The notes beneath the pieces are model-generated. The model saw only the letters and a list, made by a program, of their open reading frames with translations, ran no database searches and was not told the DNA's origin. This document shows positions 1-10,548 of a stretch of DNA of 64,000 nt, one piece after another. The position numbers and the translations under genes are program-made. This DNA comes from Vulcanimicrobiota bacterium (GTDB lineage Bacteria; Vulcanimicrobiota; Vulcanimicrobiia; Vulcanimicrobiales; Vulcanimicrobiaceae): positions 2,048,001 to 2,112,000 of the forward strand of contig OY970223.1 in the NCBI GenBank assembly GCA_963714015.1. The letters run 5' to 3'. Numbering within the stretch: position 1 is the first letter of the stretch; every line of letters starts with the position of its first letter.

Positions 1-2927
1 CCGCCCGAATCGTATAGATTGTCGCCCATTTGCCGTGTTCCAGACCGCGGAGCTTCGCCAATTCAGGGCTGACCTCGCAGAAAAGCTCCGGCTGCAGCTC
101 GGAGAGATGCGGAACGGTACGGCTCATTCCGCCCGCGGTGTGGTGCTCCGTCAAACGGTAAGTGTACAGCACAAATGGGAAGAGATTGCCCTTTTCGCTG
201 CTCGGCGATGGATTGTACTGATTGAATTCCCGCCGGAATTGTTGCCGGCACGGATTGCATTGCTGACCGTAGAGCGCGTTGCGCACCGGCGATTCATGCG
301 GTTCGTAGTACGTTGGAAGAGGACCGTCGACGACGCCGTTGGGAACGAAGATCCAGCCCAGTCCGTCGTCTTGCATGATGAACGGATGCCATCCCGCCAG
401 CGCCTCTTCTCGCTGCGCGTTACGAGCAGGCCGGTAGTCCGGACGCTTGTCCTTTTCGAAGTCCGGCGTATCGTGCCCGTCCCACTGCTCCTGCGCTTCA
501 TCCCACCAGATATAGCGTTTGCGTTCGCTCCACGGTTTGCCGTCGGGATCCGCCGACGCGCGGTTGTAAAGAAGACGGCGATTTGCCGGCCATGCCCATC
601 CCCACTGCGGAGCGACCCAGCTCTGTTCTGCTCCGGGCTTGCGCCGAGTCGTTTGATTTTGCTCGTTCGCATACGATCCGCAGTAGATCCAACAGCCGCA
701 AGCAGTGCTGCCGTCCGCCTTTAACTCGCTGTACGAAGAAACAGTTTTGCCCTCGGCATCCCATCCGCTGATCTCGCGCAGGACCATGTGGGCGTCGGGT
801 TCGCGGATCGCGCCCAGCTCGGGATAGTCCCACGTGAGGTACTCCACGAGATCGGCGTTCGGCTCTTCGCCCCCAGCCATCAGACTCTTTGAGGCGTTTG
901 CCGAGGTGATAGAAGAACCACAGATCCGAGCGCACATCGCCTTGCGGTTCGACGGCCTTGTGGTGCCACTGCAGCAGCCGCTGCGTGTTCGTGTACGATC
1001 CGTCCTTTTCGGTGTGCGCCGCAGCGGGAAGCCAGAACACCTCGGTGCCGATTTCTTCCGTTTTCAATTCGCCGGATTCGATTTCCGGCGAATCGTACCA
1101 AAACGATGCGCTCTCATTTTCGCTGAAGTCGCGAACGACGAGCCACTCCAGACTGCTCAGAGCGCGCCGGTGCAAGCCGGAATTCGCGCTGCCGACAGCC
1201 GGGTTTTCACCGACGCAGAAGAAGCCTTTGACTTTCCCGTCGACCATCCCCATTGCGCTGCGATACGCTGAGTGATCTCCGCTGATGCGCGGCAGCAGGT
1301 CGAAGCAATAATCGTTTTGCTCGCTTGCGTTCTCGCCGAACCACGCCTTGAGCAAACTGACGAAGTACTTATCCAAATTGCCCCAGAAACCGGTGCGCGC
1401 GCCTTCCGATTCGATGAAATGTTTGAAGTTGCTATGCGCCTTCGCATGGGGCATCGGAATGTATCCCGGAAGGATGTTGAACAGCGTCGGGATGTCGGTA
1501 GAGCCTTGAATCGAGGAATGACCCCGAAGCGCAAGGATACCGCCTCCCGGGCGGCCGATGTTGCCGAGCAGTAATTGGACGATCGCCGCAGCGCGAATGA
1601 TCTGCACGCCGAACGTGTGCTGCGTCCATGCGACCGAATACGCGAACGCCGACGTGCGCTCGCGCCCGCTGTTGGCGCAGAGCATTTCGGCCACATCGAC
1701 GAGTTGCGCAGGTTCGATGCCGCAAATCTGTGCGACGGTTTCGGGTGTGTACCGCGAGAAGTGCCGCTTGGTGACTTGATAAATGCACCGCGGATCCTCC
1801 AGCGTCTTGTCCATGTGCGGCGGCTCACCTGATTTGAGCGCATCTTCCTTCTGCGTGAAGCTCGGGCTTGCCGCCGAGTTGCGATTCGTCCTCGCGCTGG
1901 CCGGCTGCGCCGTGCAGATCCATGCCTTTGTACTGCCAGCTCTCGAACCCGTAGCCGTTCGTCTCGGCCTGCCAGCCCGAGAAGTAACCGTCCAGATCTT
2001 CAGTGTCGCGGAAGTCGTCCTTCAGTATGACTGGAGCGTTCGTGTAATTGACGACGTATTCTCGAAACGATCGGTCATTGGTGAGAATATAGTTGATGAT
2101 CCCGCCGAGAAACGCCAAGTCGGTGCCGGCGCGTATCGGCACGTGCATGTCCGCCATCGCACTCGTGCGCGTGAACCGCGGATCGACGTGTATCAGTTTA
2201 CCGCCGCGCTCGCGCGCTTCCATGACCCACTGGAACCCGACCGGATGATTCTCCGCCATGTTCGAGCCCATGATCACGATGCAGTCGGAATTCTGAAGGT
2301 CTTGCTGGAACGTCGTCGCGCCGCCCCGGCCGAACGAGGTTCCCAAACTGGGAACCGTCGAGCTGATGTCATATTCGAGCCTGGTTTTCGACCTGGATGA
2401 TGCCGAGCGCCGTGTAGAGTTTCTTTATCAGGTAATTCTCTTCGTTGTCGAGCGTCGCGCCGCCCAAATGCGCGATTCCGGAGCAGCGGTTGAGCGCCCG
2501 GCCCTTCTCATCGGCGGCTTCCCACGTTTCGCGACGGGTTTTCACGACTCGCTGCGCTATCATCTCCATCGCCTGCTCGAGCGAGATTTCTTCCCAGTGC
2601 GTGCCGTAGGGCCGCCGGTACTTCGCTTTGTATTCGCGTAACGGACTTTCAACCAAGGAACGGGTTGCCGAGCCCTTGGGACACAACCGGCCGCGCGAAA
2701 TCGGGCTGTCCGGGTCACCCTCGATGGAGACGATCTTTTCGTCCTTCACATAGATGTTCTGACCGCATCCTACCGCGCAATAGGGACAAACGGATTTTAC
2801 GGCTTTAGACTTGCTGCGTGCGCGCCGTCCAGTTTTTCGTGCGCTCGGACTGCGCCGCGGCGCCAAGCGCGAGCGGATCGTTTTCGAACTGGCGAAGCAG
2901 GGGCCAGCCTGAAGCGTTCCTTTTCAT
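1..2927 (-). CDS. fdnG: Formate dehydrogenase alpha subunit (Mo/W-bisPGD, selenocysteine-containing); runs off the window start and is broken by several indels
   Basis: Fragments join into one protein: MKRNASGWPLLRQ (ATG 2927), CPYCAVGC...LCPKG (4Fe-4S), ENQARI-TGA-H, GSNMAENHPVGF, ALRGHSSIQGSTD, PAAAHTEKDGSYTNTQR. No twin-arginine signal seen. Confidence 0.9.
2338..2371 (-). promoter_or_regulatory. In-frame UGA (Sec) codon with downstream bacterial SECIS hairpin
   Basis: TGA at 2371-2369 falls at the conserved ARI-U-H position. Perfect stem-loop GGTTCCCA-GTT-TGGGAACC (2356-2338) begins 12 nt downstream and has G in the loop. Confidence 0.85.
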
Positions 2928-3027
2928 CGATAAAATGGTACCAAGCAAACGTCGGCGTTAAACGATTGACCGGAGTCAATGACGGCGTCGGCCAAAACGT
3001 GCGAGCCGTGGGTAAGACCGAGATACC

Positions 3028-4041
3028 ATGGCTGCTAATTCTGAACCTGAAGTCGTCGTCGTCACCGGAGCATCCGGTGGAATCGGACGAGCGGCAGTCC
3101 GAGAATTCGCCAAGCACGGTACGAAGCTTGCGCTCCTGGCTCGCGGCGAGGAGGGGCTGGAAACGGCCCGCGCTGAGGCGGAGGCTTTAGGCGCCCGCGC
3201 GATCGCAATAGCCGTGGACGTCGCGAATCCGGAAGAAGTGGAAGCCGCCGCCGCTCGCGCAGAAAGCGAGCTCGGGCCCATCGACGTGTGGGTGAACGTG
3301 GCGTTCACGAACGTATTCTCGGAGTTCTGGGACGTTACGCCGGAGGAATGGCGCCGCCTCACCGACGTCACGTATTTGGGCTACGTTTGGGGAACCATGG
3401 CGGCGATCAAGCGCATGCGCGGGCGCAACCGCGGGACGATCGTTCAGGTGGGCTCGGCGCTCTGCTATCGCAGCATTCCGCTTCAATCGCCGTATTGCGG
3501 GGCCAAGAGCGCGATTCGAGGGTTTACCGACTCCCTGCGCTGCGAGCTGATTCAGCATAACAGCAAGATCAATTTGACCATGGTTCAAATGCCCGCCGTC
3601 AACACTCCGCAGTTCACGTGGAATCGCGTCAAGAGCGGGCTCAAGCATCCTCAGCCGCTGCCTCCGATTTTCCAGCCGGAAGTCGCGGGGCGCGCGATCT
3701 ACTGGGCGGCGCAGAAGCACCCGCGCGAGATGTGGGTCGGCGGTTCCACGGTAATCGCCATTCTCGTGCAAAAGATCGCTCCGCGGCTTGCCGACTGGTA
3801 CTTGGGAAAGACCGGCTACAAGTCTCAGCAGACCGGCGAACCGATACGGCCGGGACGTCCCGACAATCTGTACGAGCCTGCAGATCGCACGCGCGACTTC
3901 GGCGCGCATGGTGAATTCGACGAGCAAGCTGCACCGCGAAGCTTTGAGACCGAGCTGGTCATCAACCGTCAGTGGGTGCTCGGCGGATTGGCGCTGGCGG
4001 GCGCCGCAGCCGCGGCGAGTGCTCTGTTATTGCGGGACTAG
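3028..4041 (+). CDS. SDR family oxidoreductase
   Basis: TGASGGIG Rossmann motif and YCGAK catalytic motif. Confidence 0.92.
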   Translation: MAANSEPEVVVVTGASGGIGRAAVREFAKHGTKLALLARGEEGLETARAEAEALGARAIAIAVDVANPEEVEAAAARAESELGPIDVWVNVAFTNVFSEFWDVTPEEWRRLTDVTYLGYVWGTMAAIKRMRGRNRGTIVQVGSALCYRSIPLQSPYCGAKSAIRGFTDSLRCELIQHNSKINLTMVQMPAVNTPQFTWNRVKSGLKHPQPLPPIFQPEVAGRAIYWAAQKHPREMWVGGSTVIAILVQKIAPRLADWYLGKTGYKSQQTGEPIRPGRPDNLYEPADRTRDFGAHGEFDEQAAPRSFETELVINRQWVLGGLALAGAAAAASALLLRD

Positions 4042-4773
4042 CTCCTCATCCAGCACCGAGCGATCGATCTGACCCCCGAAGCGTTTTCGTTCGAGGGCGA
4101 AGACGGCCGTCACGAGCTTCTTCACCGCGTCGATGAACGTCGGCCGGCTGTCCGGTGCTAGGATGATCCGTCGAACGAGCGCATTCAGATCGTCGAGCGA
4201 GAGCTGCTGATCGACGATCGGCCCGTCGATGGGCTGGCGGAATATCTGAACGCTGCGTATCTCTTGTTCTTCCTTGTACTCGCGCCGTTTGTGAAAAAAG
4301 ATCTTGTGAATGTCGGAGATCTCCCCTTCCATGGGCTCGTAGCGCATGCGTTCGATTCGCACCTCGCCGTTGCGGGCGAGCATTTCGCGTAGCGCGCCGA
4401 CCGTAGTTTCTATCGCTACCGACTCTCCCGAGCGCCCGTAGATGTTCCACATGCCGTAGGATTCGCGATCGAATTCGAACCAGTACGTCGCGACCGCATG
4501 CGTGCGCGCCGCGCGAATCACATCCTCGGTAGAGGGCGTTTTGCCGTCAAAACCAAGCCTGCGCAGCAATGGGCGCGCGAAGCGTACGCTCTTCCATCCG
4601 TAGGCGCCCTCGGAGGCATCGTAAAGGGTGTCGATTCTGGTTTGAATCAGATGGCCGCTAAGCAGCTCCAAAAAAGAGTTCAGCTTCATGTAACGCCAGA
4701 TGACCGTCGCCTCGCGGGCCTCGCCTTCCGGTTTGACAGCGCGGCCGCGCTCTGGGCGCTCGACGTTGCTCAT
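4027..4773 (-). CDS. DUF2971-like protein
   Basis: IWRYM...MWNIYG...VAIET...FHKRREYKEEQEIR pattern. Confidence 0.6.
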   Translation of the reverse strand: MSNVERPERGRAVKPEGEAREATVIWRYMKLNSFLELLSGHLIQTRIDTLYDASEGAYGWKSVRFARPLLRRLGFDGKTPSTEDVIRAARTHAVATYWFEFDRESYGMWNIYGRSGESVAIETTVGALREMLARNGEVRIERMRYEPMEGEISDIHKIFFHKRREYKEEQEIRSVQIFRQPIDGPIVDQQLSLDDLNALVRRIILAPDSRPTFIDAVKKLVTAVFALERKRFGGQIDRSVLDEELVPQ

Positions 4774-4837
4774 GATGACCGTGACTGGTTATTCCCCTGT
4801 GTAAAGTTCGTGCAACGGGAGCGCAAACGCGCCGGGA

Positions 4838-5119
4838 ATGCCGATAAGGAAGAAGAGCGGCAAGGAAGCCCCCGCTTTGAGGAATATGGAGATGAGCCAG
4901 CACGCCTCCGCACAGGCAATGTGCGTAGCGCGAAAGCCCAACGGCGCGGCATGCGCCAACGAGGCGCAGTTCGAATGCGAAAACGGCCATGTGGTCTGCT
5001 TTTTCCATAGCATTCGCACCATCGGCGCGCAGTCGGTCAACAAGCGCAAATGCGTTGCTTGTATGGAGCAGGGCAAGACGTCCTTCGTGCACCGGCGCGG
5101 CGAAGAATCAGAATCGTAG
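4838..5119 (+). CDS. Small Cys/His-rich putative zinc-binding protein
   Basis: C...C...CENGHVVC..H...CVAC; divergent from the DUF2971-like gene. Confidence 0.45.
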   Translation: MPIRKKSGKEAPALRNMEMSQHASAQAMCVARKPNGAACANEAQFECENGHVVCFFHSIRTIGAQSVNKRKCVACMEQGKTSFVHRRGEESES

Positions 5120-5136
5120 CGTCGTCGCTGCAGCGC

Positions 5137-5511
5137 TTACTGCGCTTTAGCCATCGCCCGGTATGCGGCGATCTTTCCGTCCGGATCGAGCCGGAGCACG
5201 ACGTTCATCCAGCCCTTGCCGAAGTTTGCGCGGTACGTGTATTCGTTCTTCGCCTGATCGGTGCTCAGGTACGTTAGCCCGTGGTAGTCACCCAGCGAGT
5301 GCATCTTGTCCGAGAGAATCCCTAGCTCGGATCGAGTAACTTGCGACTTCAGCGTGTCGTCGAAGTTTTGCGTGGCTGCGTTCATGTCGTCGTTGTAAAC
5401 CGCTTTGGTGACCGAATCCGCTGAAGCTTGCGCCGAGCCTGCAGGGCTGCCGCCGCAAGCCGCGAGCGCGAGCACGAGGCCCGCACCCGCCAAGATTGCG
5501 TTACGGAGCAC
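5137..5511 (-). CDS. Lipoprotein, DUF3887-like
   Basis: Lipobox LAAC; small alpha/beta domain. Confidence 0.65.
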   Translation of the reverse strand: MLRNAILAGAGLVLALAACGGSPAGSAQASADSVTKAVYNDDMNAATQNFDDTLKSQVTRSELGILSDKMHSLGDYHGLTYLSTDQAKNEYTYRANFGKGWMNVVLRLDPDGKIAAYRAMAKAQ

Positions 5512-6008
5512 TAAATGCTGCCCCAGCCGTATGAGACCATCTCCGTGCTGCCATTATCCGCGACGCGCGTCGCAACGCGATGCTTTCGATCGGTCTTCGA
5601 GTGCGAGCTGTTCGAGCGCGGGTTCGGAATATATGCGACGGTGCGATCGCTCTTGCCGGCCATTGCCAGTTCGCTGCGCTGCTGAAGGATGACGCCGTGC
5701 TGGTAGGACACCTCGCGCTTGAGGTCGCCGACTTCGGCGACGGCGTTGTCATAAGCTTTCTGTTCGCTGCTGTAGGCTGCCCACGCGTCGTTGTTTTCCG
5801 ACTGGAGCTCGGCCTGGCGGCGCGCATCCTCGGCGTATTTCTCGTGAACCTTCCGGTTGTGCTGAATGATCAAATACGAAGCCGCGCCGATTCCCAGCAA
5901 AATGTTGCGCGTGCTGGCGCGGCCGTCGGCGAGCGCCGGAGCGGCGGGAACGAAGGTTGCCGTCATGGCTGCCAGCATCGTGCCGGCGATTGCTCGTTTG
6001 AAATTCAT
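5511..6008 (-). CDS. Secreted coiled-coil hypothetical protein
   Basis: AGGAGG RBS before ATG 6008; signal peptide MNFKRAIAG...PALA. Confidence 0.7.
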   Translation of the reverse strand: MNFKRAIAGTMLAAMTATFVPAAPALADGRASTRNILLGIGAASYLIIQHNRKVHEKYAEDARRQAELQSENNDAWAAYSSEQKAYDNAVAEVGDLKREVSYQHGVILQQRSELAMAGKSDRTVAYIPNPRSNSSHSKTDRKHRVATRVADNGSTEMVSYGWGSI

Positions 6009-6114
6009 AGCGTGGTCTTGCCCTCCTAAGTGGTGTAACGCAGGCGCCAAAGGCAATTGTTCCCCGCCTTCGAATCTCTCCAGCCCCTGCTCGCTTTGAC
6101 CGGAGGAATTTGCA

Positions 6115-7038
6115 ATGGCAACCGAGCGTATCGGTGTGGTCGGTACGGGGCGAATGGGCGCCAACATGGCTCGGCGGTTGAAAGATGTAGGCTACGCCGT
6201 CACTGCCGTTCACGACGTTCGGCCGGAGTCCGCCCGCTTGCTTGCGAACGAGATCGGTTCGACTGCCTACCGAACACTGTCCGGCGTTACCGAGAACTGC
6301 GACGTCGTCATTACCGTGGTAACCGATGACGCGGCAATGTTCGACATCTTTTCGGCCACGGGCGATTCTTTGCTGGTTCCGGAACACCCGGAACTGGCCG
6401 GCGGGAAGTACTTCATCAACTGTGCGACTATTTCTCCGGGCGTGCACCGGGAGATCGAGCGCATCGTCAATGCCCGGAGCGCGAATTCCATTGAGGCATG
6501 CATGGCAAGTTCCATCACGCAAGCTCGCAACGGAACGCTGTATCTTATGTGCGGCGGAAAACGTGAGGCATTCGAACGGGTGCGCCCCATTTTGGAGAAC
6601 CTCGGCAGTTCCCTTCGCTACATTGGTGAGGCTGGCCGGGCGGCGCAAGTCAAAGCGCTCGTCAACATGGTGATGAACTCCAATACCGCGGCCCTAGCGG
6701 AAGGGCTGGGATTGGGCGATGCGCTCGGTTTGGATCTCGAGATGCTGCGCGAGGTCTTCGGTCAAACGGGCGCGGCGTCGCGCGTGCTCGAAACCGACGG
6801 TGCAGACATGCAGAACCGCGATCACGACTGCTACTTTTCGGCGGCGCATGCCGCCAAAGATTCCGGCATTGCGCTTTCGCTCGCCCGGGAGAGCGGCGTG
6901 GAGCTGCCTCTTGCGCGGGCGACGTACGATCAATACGTACGAATGAAGTCGCTCGGGCTGGGCGAACTCGACAAATCCGGAATCTCCGAACTCACGTTCA
7001 AATCCCGCCACGCCGAACATACTTCTCTGTCTCGCTGA
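6115..7038 (+). CDS. NAD(P)-dependent oxidoreductase, 3-hydroxyisobutyrate dehydrogenase family
   Basis: GVVGTGRMG, VKALVN and KDSGIA motifs. Confidence 0.88.
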   Translation: MATERIGVVGTGRMGANMARRLKDVGYAVTAVHDVRPESARLLANEIGSTAYRTLSGVTENCDVVITVVTDDAAMFDIFSATGDSLLVPEHPELAGGKYFINCATISPGVHREIERIVNARSANSIEACMASSITQARNGTLYLMCGGKREAFERVRPILENLGSSLRYIGEAGRAAQVKALVNMVMNSNTAALAEGLGLGDALGLDLEMLREVFGQTGAASRVLETDGADMQNRDHDCYFSAAHAAKDSGIALSLARESGVELPLARATYDQYVRMKSLGLGELDKSGISELTFKSRHAEHTSLSR

Positions 7039-7051
7039 GGGAGAACCAAAC

Positions 7052-7540
7052 ATGACGACAGCAGGAACCACCGACTCAACGACGCCCGCGACGCAAAACA
7101 AAGAGAAGATCGTCCCGATGATAAGCTCCGACACCGCCGGTCCGCTGGGCGTGAAACATCTACCCCGGCTTTGGGCCAAACTGACGCTTGCGGCGCATGG
7201 CCGGCTGGCCGAAGGATACGACGAATGCGGCCCGGGCTTCGATGCGATGACAATCAATAATTTGAACCTCGCGAAAGATCGGGTCGTGCAGTTCGTGCGC
7301 GATCACAAGCCCACGTATATGCAGTTCGAGCAATGGGTCGCCAAGGAAAGCGGCGGTAAGCTCGACCCCGAGGCGGTCCGCAAGCACAACGAGGCCGTCA
7401 ACGGCTACTGCCACAACGAAGATCTTGCTACGCAGATGCGTCAAAGTTCCGGCATTCCGCACGACCATATCAAGGATGCCGTCACGCTGAATACCGTCGA
7501 GGATCTGGACGAGTTGCACCGGCAGGCAACGGCAACCTAA
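7052..7540 (+). CDS. DUF5069-like protein
   Basis: GPLGVKHLPRLWAK...GY...D pattern; RBS present; co-oriented with neighbours. Confidence 0.6.
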   Translation: MTTAGTTDSTTPATQNKEKIVPMISSDTAGPLGVKHLPRLWAKLTLAAHGRLAEGYDECGPGFDAMTINNLNLAKDRVVQFVRDHKPTYMQFEQWVAKESGGKLDPEAVRKHNEAVNGYCHNEDLATQMRQSSGIPHDHIKDAVTLNTVEDLDELHRQATAT

Positions 7541-7557
7541 CTGCTCAAGTACCCCGG

Positions 7558-8385
7558 GTGGTACATGTCGAAGAGCGCGTCACGTTAGACGACGGCGCAA
7601 AGACCATATTAGAACGCTGGGGAACGCGCGGGCCGGTGATTTTGTGCGTGCACGGAATGACCAGTTCGCGCCGGTCCTGGGAGCGGCTCGCCGCGCACTA
7701 TAGCGATCGCGCGCGAATCTACGCCTACGATCAGCGCGGTCACGGTGAATCGGCAGACGTGAGCGGCCCGATGACGCTGCATCGCGCGCTCCTCGATCTT
7801 TACAACGTGATCGACGCCATTCCCGACCGCGTCGAAACGCTCATCGGACATTCATGGGGCGGTGCGGTAGCGATTCTCGGCGGGCGCCGTTTCGACGTCC
7901 AGCGCGTCGTTGCGATCGATCCGATGATTCGCCAAGCCGACGGCCCATGGTACGACGAGTTCATCGACGAATTACGCGCGCAGTTCTCAAAGCGCGGCGA
8001 TGCCAGAGATGCACTGATTCGCGCGGAATATCCCAAGCGCGGCTGGTCCGAGACGGACGTTGAAGGCAAGGTTCATGCGGTCCGCAACATGACGATTCTG
8101 CCGATTCAGCGCCTGCGCGACGAAAATCCGCCGGAGACGTGGGACTTGCGCCCCGATCTGGACGACTATCCCAAGCCGCTGCTGCTCGCGATTGCGGGCT
8201 CCGGCGAAAGCGTGGTCGCGCTGGAAGATCTCAAATACGTCCGCGAACACGGCGGTCCGAACATTGCGATCCGCGAATTCGAGCGCGCGGATCACAACCT
8301 TCATCGCACCGCGTTCGACGCGTTCGTGCGCGAACTGGATACGTACTTCGAACGCACCTCGGCCCTCTCAAGCACGCCCGGCTAG
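7558..8385 (+). CDS. Alpha/beta fold hydrolase
   Basis: HG oxyanion motif, DQRGHG, GHSWGG nucleophile elbow, C-terminal His. Confidence 0.9.
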   Translation: MVHVEERVTLDDGAKTILERWGTRGPVILCVHGMTSSRRSWERLAAHYSDRARIYAYDQRGHGESADVSGPMTLHRALLDLYNVIDAIPDRVETLIGHSWGGAVAILGGRRFDVQRVVAIDPMIRQADGPWYDEFIDELRAQFSKRGDARDALIRAEYPKRGWSETDVEGKVHAVRNMTILPIQRLRDENPPETWDLRPDLDDYPKPLLLAIAGSGESVVALEDLKYVREHGGPNIAIREFERADHNLHRTAFDAFVRELDTYFERTSALSSTPG

Positions 8386-8829
8386 AACTGCAGGGCGAAA
8401 CCGAAGACGTAGCGCCCTAGAACATATGCCCGACCGAGATAACGCCCCGGCCCGATCGCGCGGATTTCATCGCCTACGAACCACGCGATGATCGAAGTCT
8501 TGGAATAGTCGAGCACGATGCACGGTTTGCCGTCGAAGCGGCTAGGAGCTTCGTAGACGTGCGCGGGCACGGCAGGTATGCCGATGGGCGTGACGCGATT
8601 GACGAGCCGGCTCCCCGCAGCATCGAATGTTTTCCCTTGCCAGACGGCGACGCGCACGAGCTGCGCAATCGGCGCCGCGAGGCTTGTGCCGGGCGCGATC
8701 AACGCGAGCCCTTCCGCGGGACCATGTGGAATCGGACCGGCCGGAGCGGCACTGAAGATCTCGTCCAACCGGCGTTGATCCATCCGCAGCAGCGCACCGT
8801 TTGCAGCCGGCGAGGTCGCGTCAGCCATG
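8382..8829 (-). CDS. Conserved hypothetical protein
   Basis: WQGKTF...DGKPCIVLDYS...DEIR...YLG; start uncertain. Confidence 0.6.
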
Positions 8830-8909
8830 CAATGAAGTTTCGAAGTGTCGCCGGCGACCCCTATGCGACCCTTTGATTGTGAAGAAACTGTCAAACTGTG
8901 CGGCGTTAC

Positions 8910-9297
8910 ATGAAGATCGCGAGCACGAGATCAGCTGACGTTTACATCGTTCCTCGATTTTGAAACTTCGGCGCTGGAGTTCGACGGTTCATCCAGCGCG
9001 GCTCTGGAGCGGGACGTGGCAGCCGTTAATCGCAAGCTTTCAGCGAGGGGCCTTCCACCGCCGATGGCTATATGGCAAGGCCGGCAAGATTGCCGGGACG
9101 CGGCAAGTGCAGCTCTCTATTGGGCTACCAAAAGCGCGATAGCGCAGATCGCGAATAAGCGCATACGGTTTCTCGAGCAAATCTCTGCCGACTCGCTTGG
9201 GGGCGTCGGTTGCGCTGACCAGCCGCTGCCCAACGAAGATCAACCGATGATGCGCGAGGGCGCTGGCTTTGAAGGCAGCGTCTTGGCGGGATATTAA
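8910..9297 (+). CDS. Hypothetical protein, probable indel near the start
   Basis: Open frame from about 8914 to 9297, ending at the hairpin. Confidence 0.4.
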
Positions 9298-9324
9298 AAA
9301 AAGGCCGGCGGAAAGCCGGCCTTT
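9296..9324 (-). terminator. Intrinsic terminator, possibly bidirectional
   Basis: AAAGGCCGGC-GGAAA-GCCGGCCTTT hairpin with A7 tract, between convergent genes. Confidence 0.8.
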
Positions 9325-9350
9325 GGGGTTGCTGCGACTCGAGGATAAAA

Positions 9351-10001
9351 CTACTGACCTCCGCCGCCGCTCGTGCTGCTGTTCTTGGTGCGTTTCATGT
9401 GATGCACGTGCGTCGTGGCAGCGACGTTCGGACGATTGAACTTGTCCAGCCAGTTCGGGCCGTTCGGATTGCCGTTGAGCGCGTCCATAGTCGTACCGTT
9501 GCCCATACCGCTCGTGGTCGAAGGCATTGCCGGTGCGACGGCCGGCGTCGAAGTCGATGGATTGGTCGTTGTCGAGGTCTTTCCATGAACCACGCCTTGA
9601 TGCGCGCATGGCTGCATCGGCTGCGTGGCGCTATTGGCGGACGTCGAAGTATCTACTCCGCTGTTCGTCGAGGGAGACGTCGTGCCGCCGTCGGCCGACG
9701 TGGAGGTGTTGCCGGTCGTTCCACCATTGTTCCCGGTCGTAGTGTTCGTGTCGGTATTCGTGTTCGTACCGGCGTTCGACGTCGACTGCGTACCGGGCGT
9801 GGCCGGCGACTGACCGGTAGCCTCATTCGGCGTAGCACTGTTGCATTGTTCGTAACGAACGGGCTGCTGTTTGGCAGTCGCGGGTGACGTCGGAGGCGGA
9901 TTGGTCGTTTGCGTCGTTTGCTGCGCAAAGGCCGCGCCGGTGAAGGCCAGCGTGAGCGCTGCTGCAATTCCGCTTGAAAGTAATGCTCGGGTTGAATGCA
10001 T
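9351..10001 (-). CDS. Secreted Thr/Asn/Ser-rich low-complexity protein
   Basis: GAGGAG RBS; signal peptide ending AFA-Q; two Cys bracket a low-complexity tract. Confidence 0.75.
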   Translation of the reverse strand: MHSTRALLSSGIAAALTLAFTGAAFAQQTTQTTNPPPTSPATAKQQPVRYEQCNSATPNEATGQSPATPGTQSTSNAGTNTNTDTNTTTGNNGGTTGNTSTSADGGTTSPSTNSGVDTSTSANSATQPMQPCAHQGVVHGKTSTTTNPSTSTPAVAPAMPSTTSGMGNGTTMDALNGNPNGPNWLDKFNRPNVAATTHVHHMKRTKNSSTSGGGGQ

Positions 10002-10161
10002 TCGATTCTCCTCTAAGGGCACCAAGTTTCATTACCCATTGTGCGCGAATGTATGAAAAGCGGGAGGCTGCTCGGCCGAACAAAAAAGAACCGCGCGCAG
10101 TCTCGTCCGCAGCGTCCGCGTGCGCCGGGTCGGCTACTTCAGACGTGGGTATCCAAAGCAA

Positions 10162-10512
10162 ATGCGCAGACGTAAATCAAGCGCGATACTGCAAGGCGTG
10201 TACTACGTAGCGACCGGCGCCCTGCCGCTGCTATCGCGCCGAACATTCGAACGGCTCACCGGGCGCAAGCGCGACTGGTGGCTCGTGCAGATGGTCGGAC
10301 TCTTGGCTATGAGTATCGGAGCAGCGCTGATCGCCGGCGCAATAAACCGGCGCGACGAAGAGGAACTCGCAGTCGACCAGCGCGCCCTTGCGGTTTTCTC
10401 AGCACTTTCGTTCGCGGCGATCGACGTCGCGTATGCCGTGCCTGGACGGATCTCGCGGATTTACTTGCTGGACGCAGTCGTCGAAGCAGCTTTAGTCGTG
10501 CTCTCGGTTTGA
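10162..10512 (+). CDS. Small membrane protein
   Basis: Several hydrophobic segments; QGVYYVATG...TG.K.DWWLV. Confidence 0.6.
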   Translation: MRRRKSSAILQGVYYVATGALPLLSRRTFERLTGRKRDWWLVQMVGLLAMSIGAALIAGAINRRDEEELAVDQRALAVFSALSFAAIDVAYAVPGRISRIYLLDAVVEAALVVLSV

Positions 10513-10548
10513 GAAAGCGCGGCTGCCGGCGATCCGTTTTGTGTTTCG

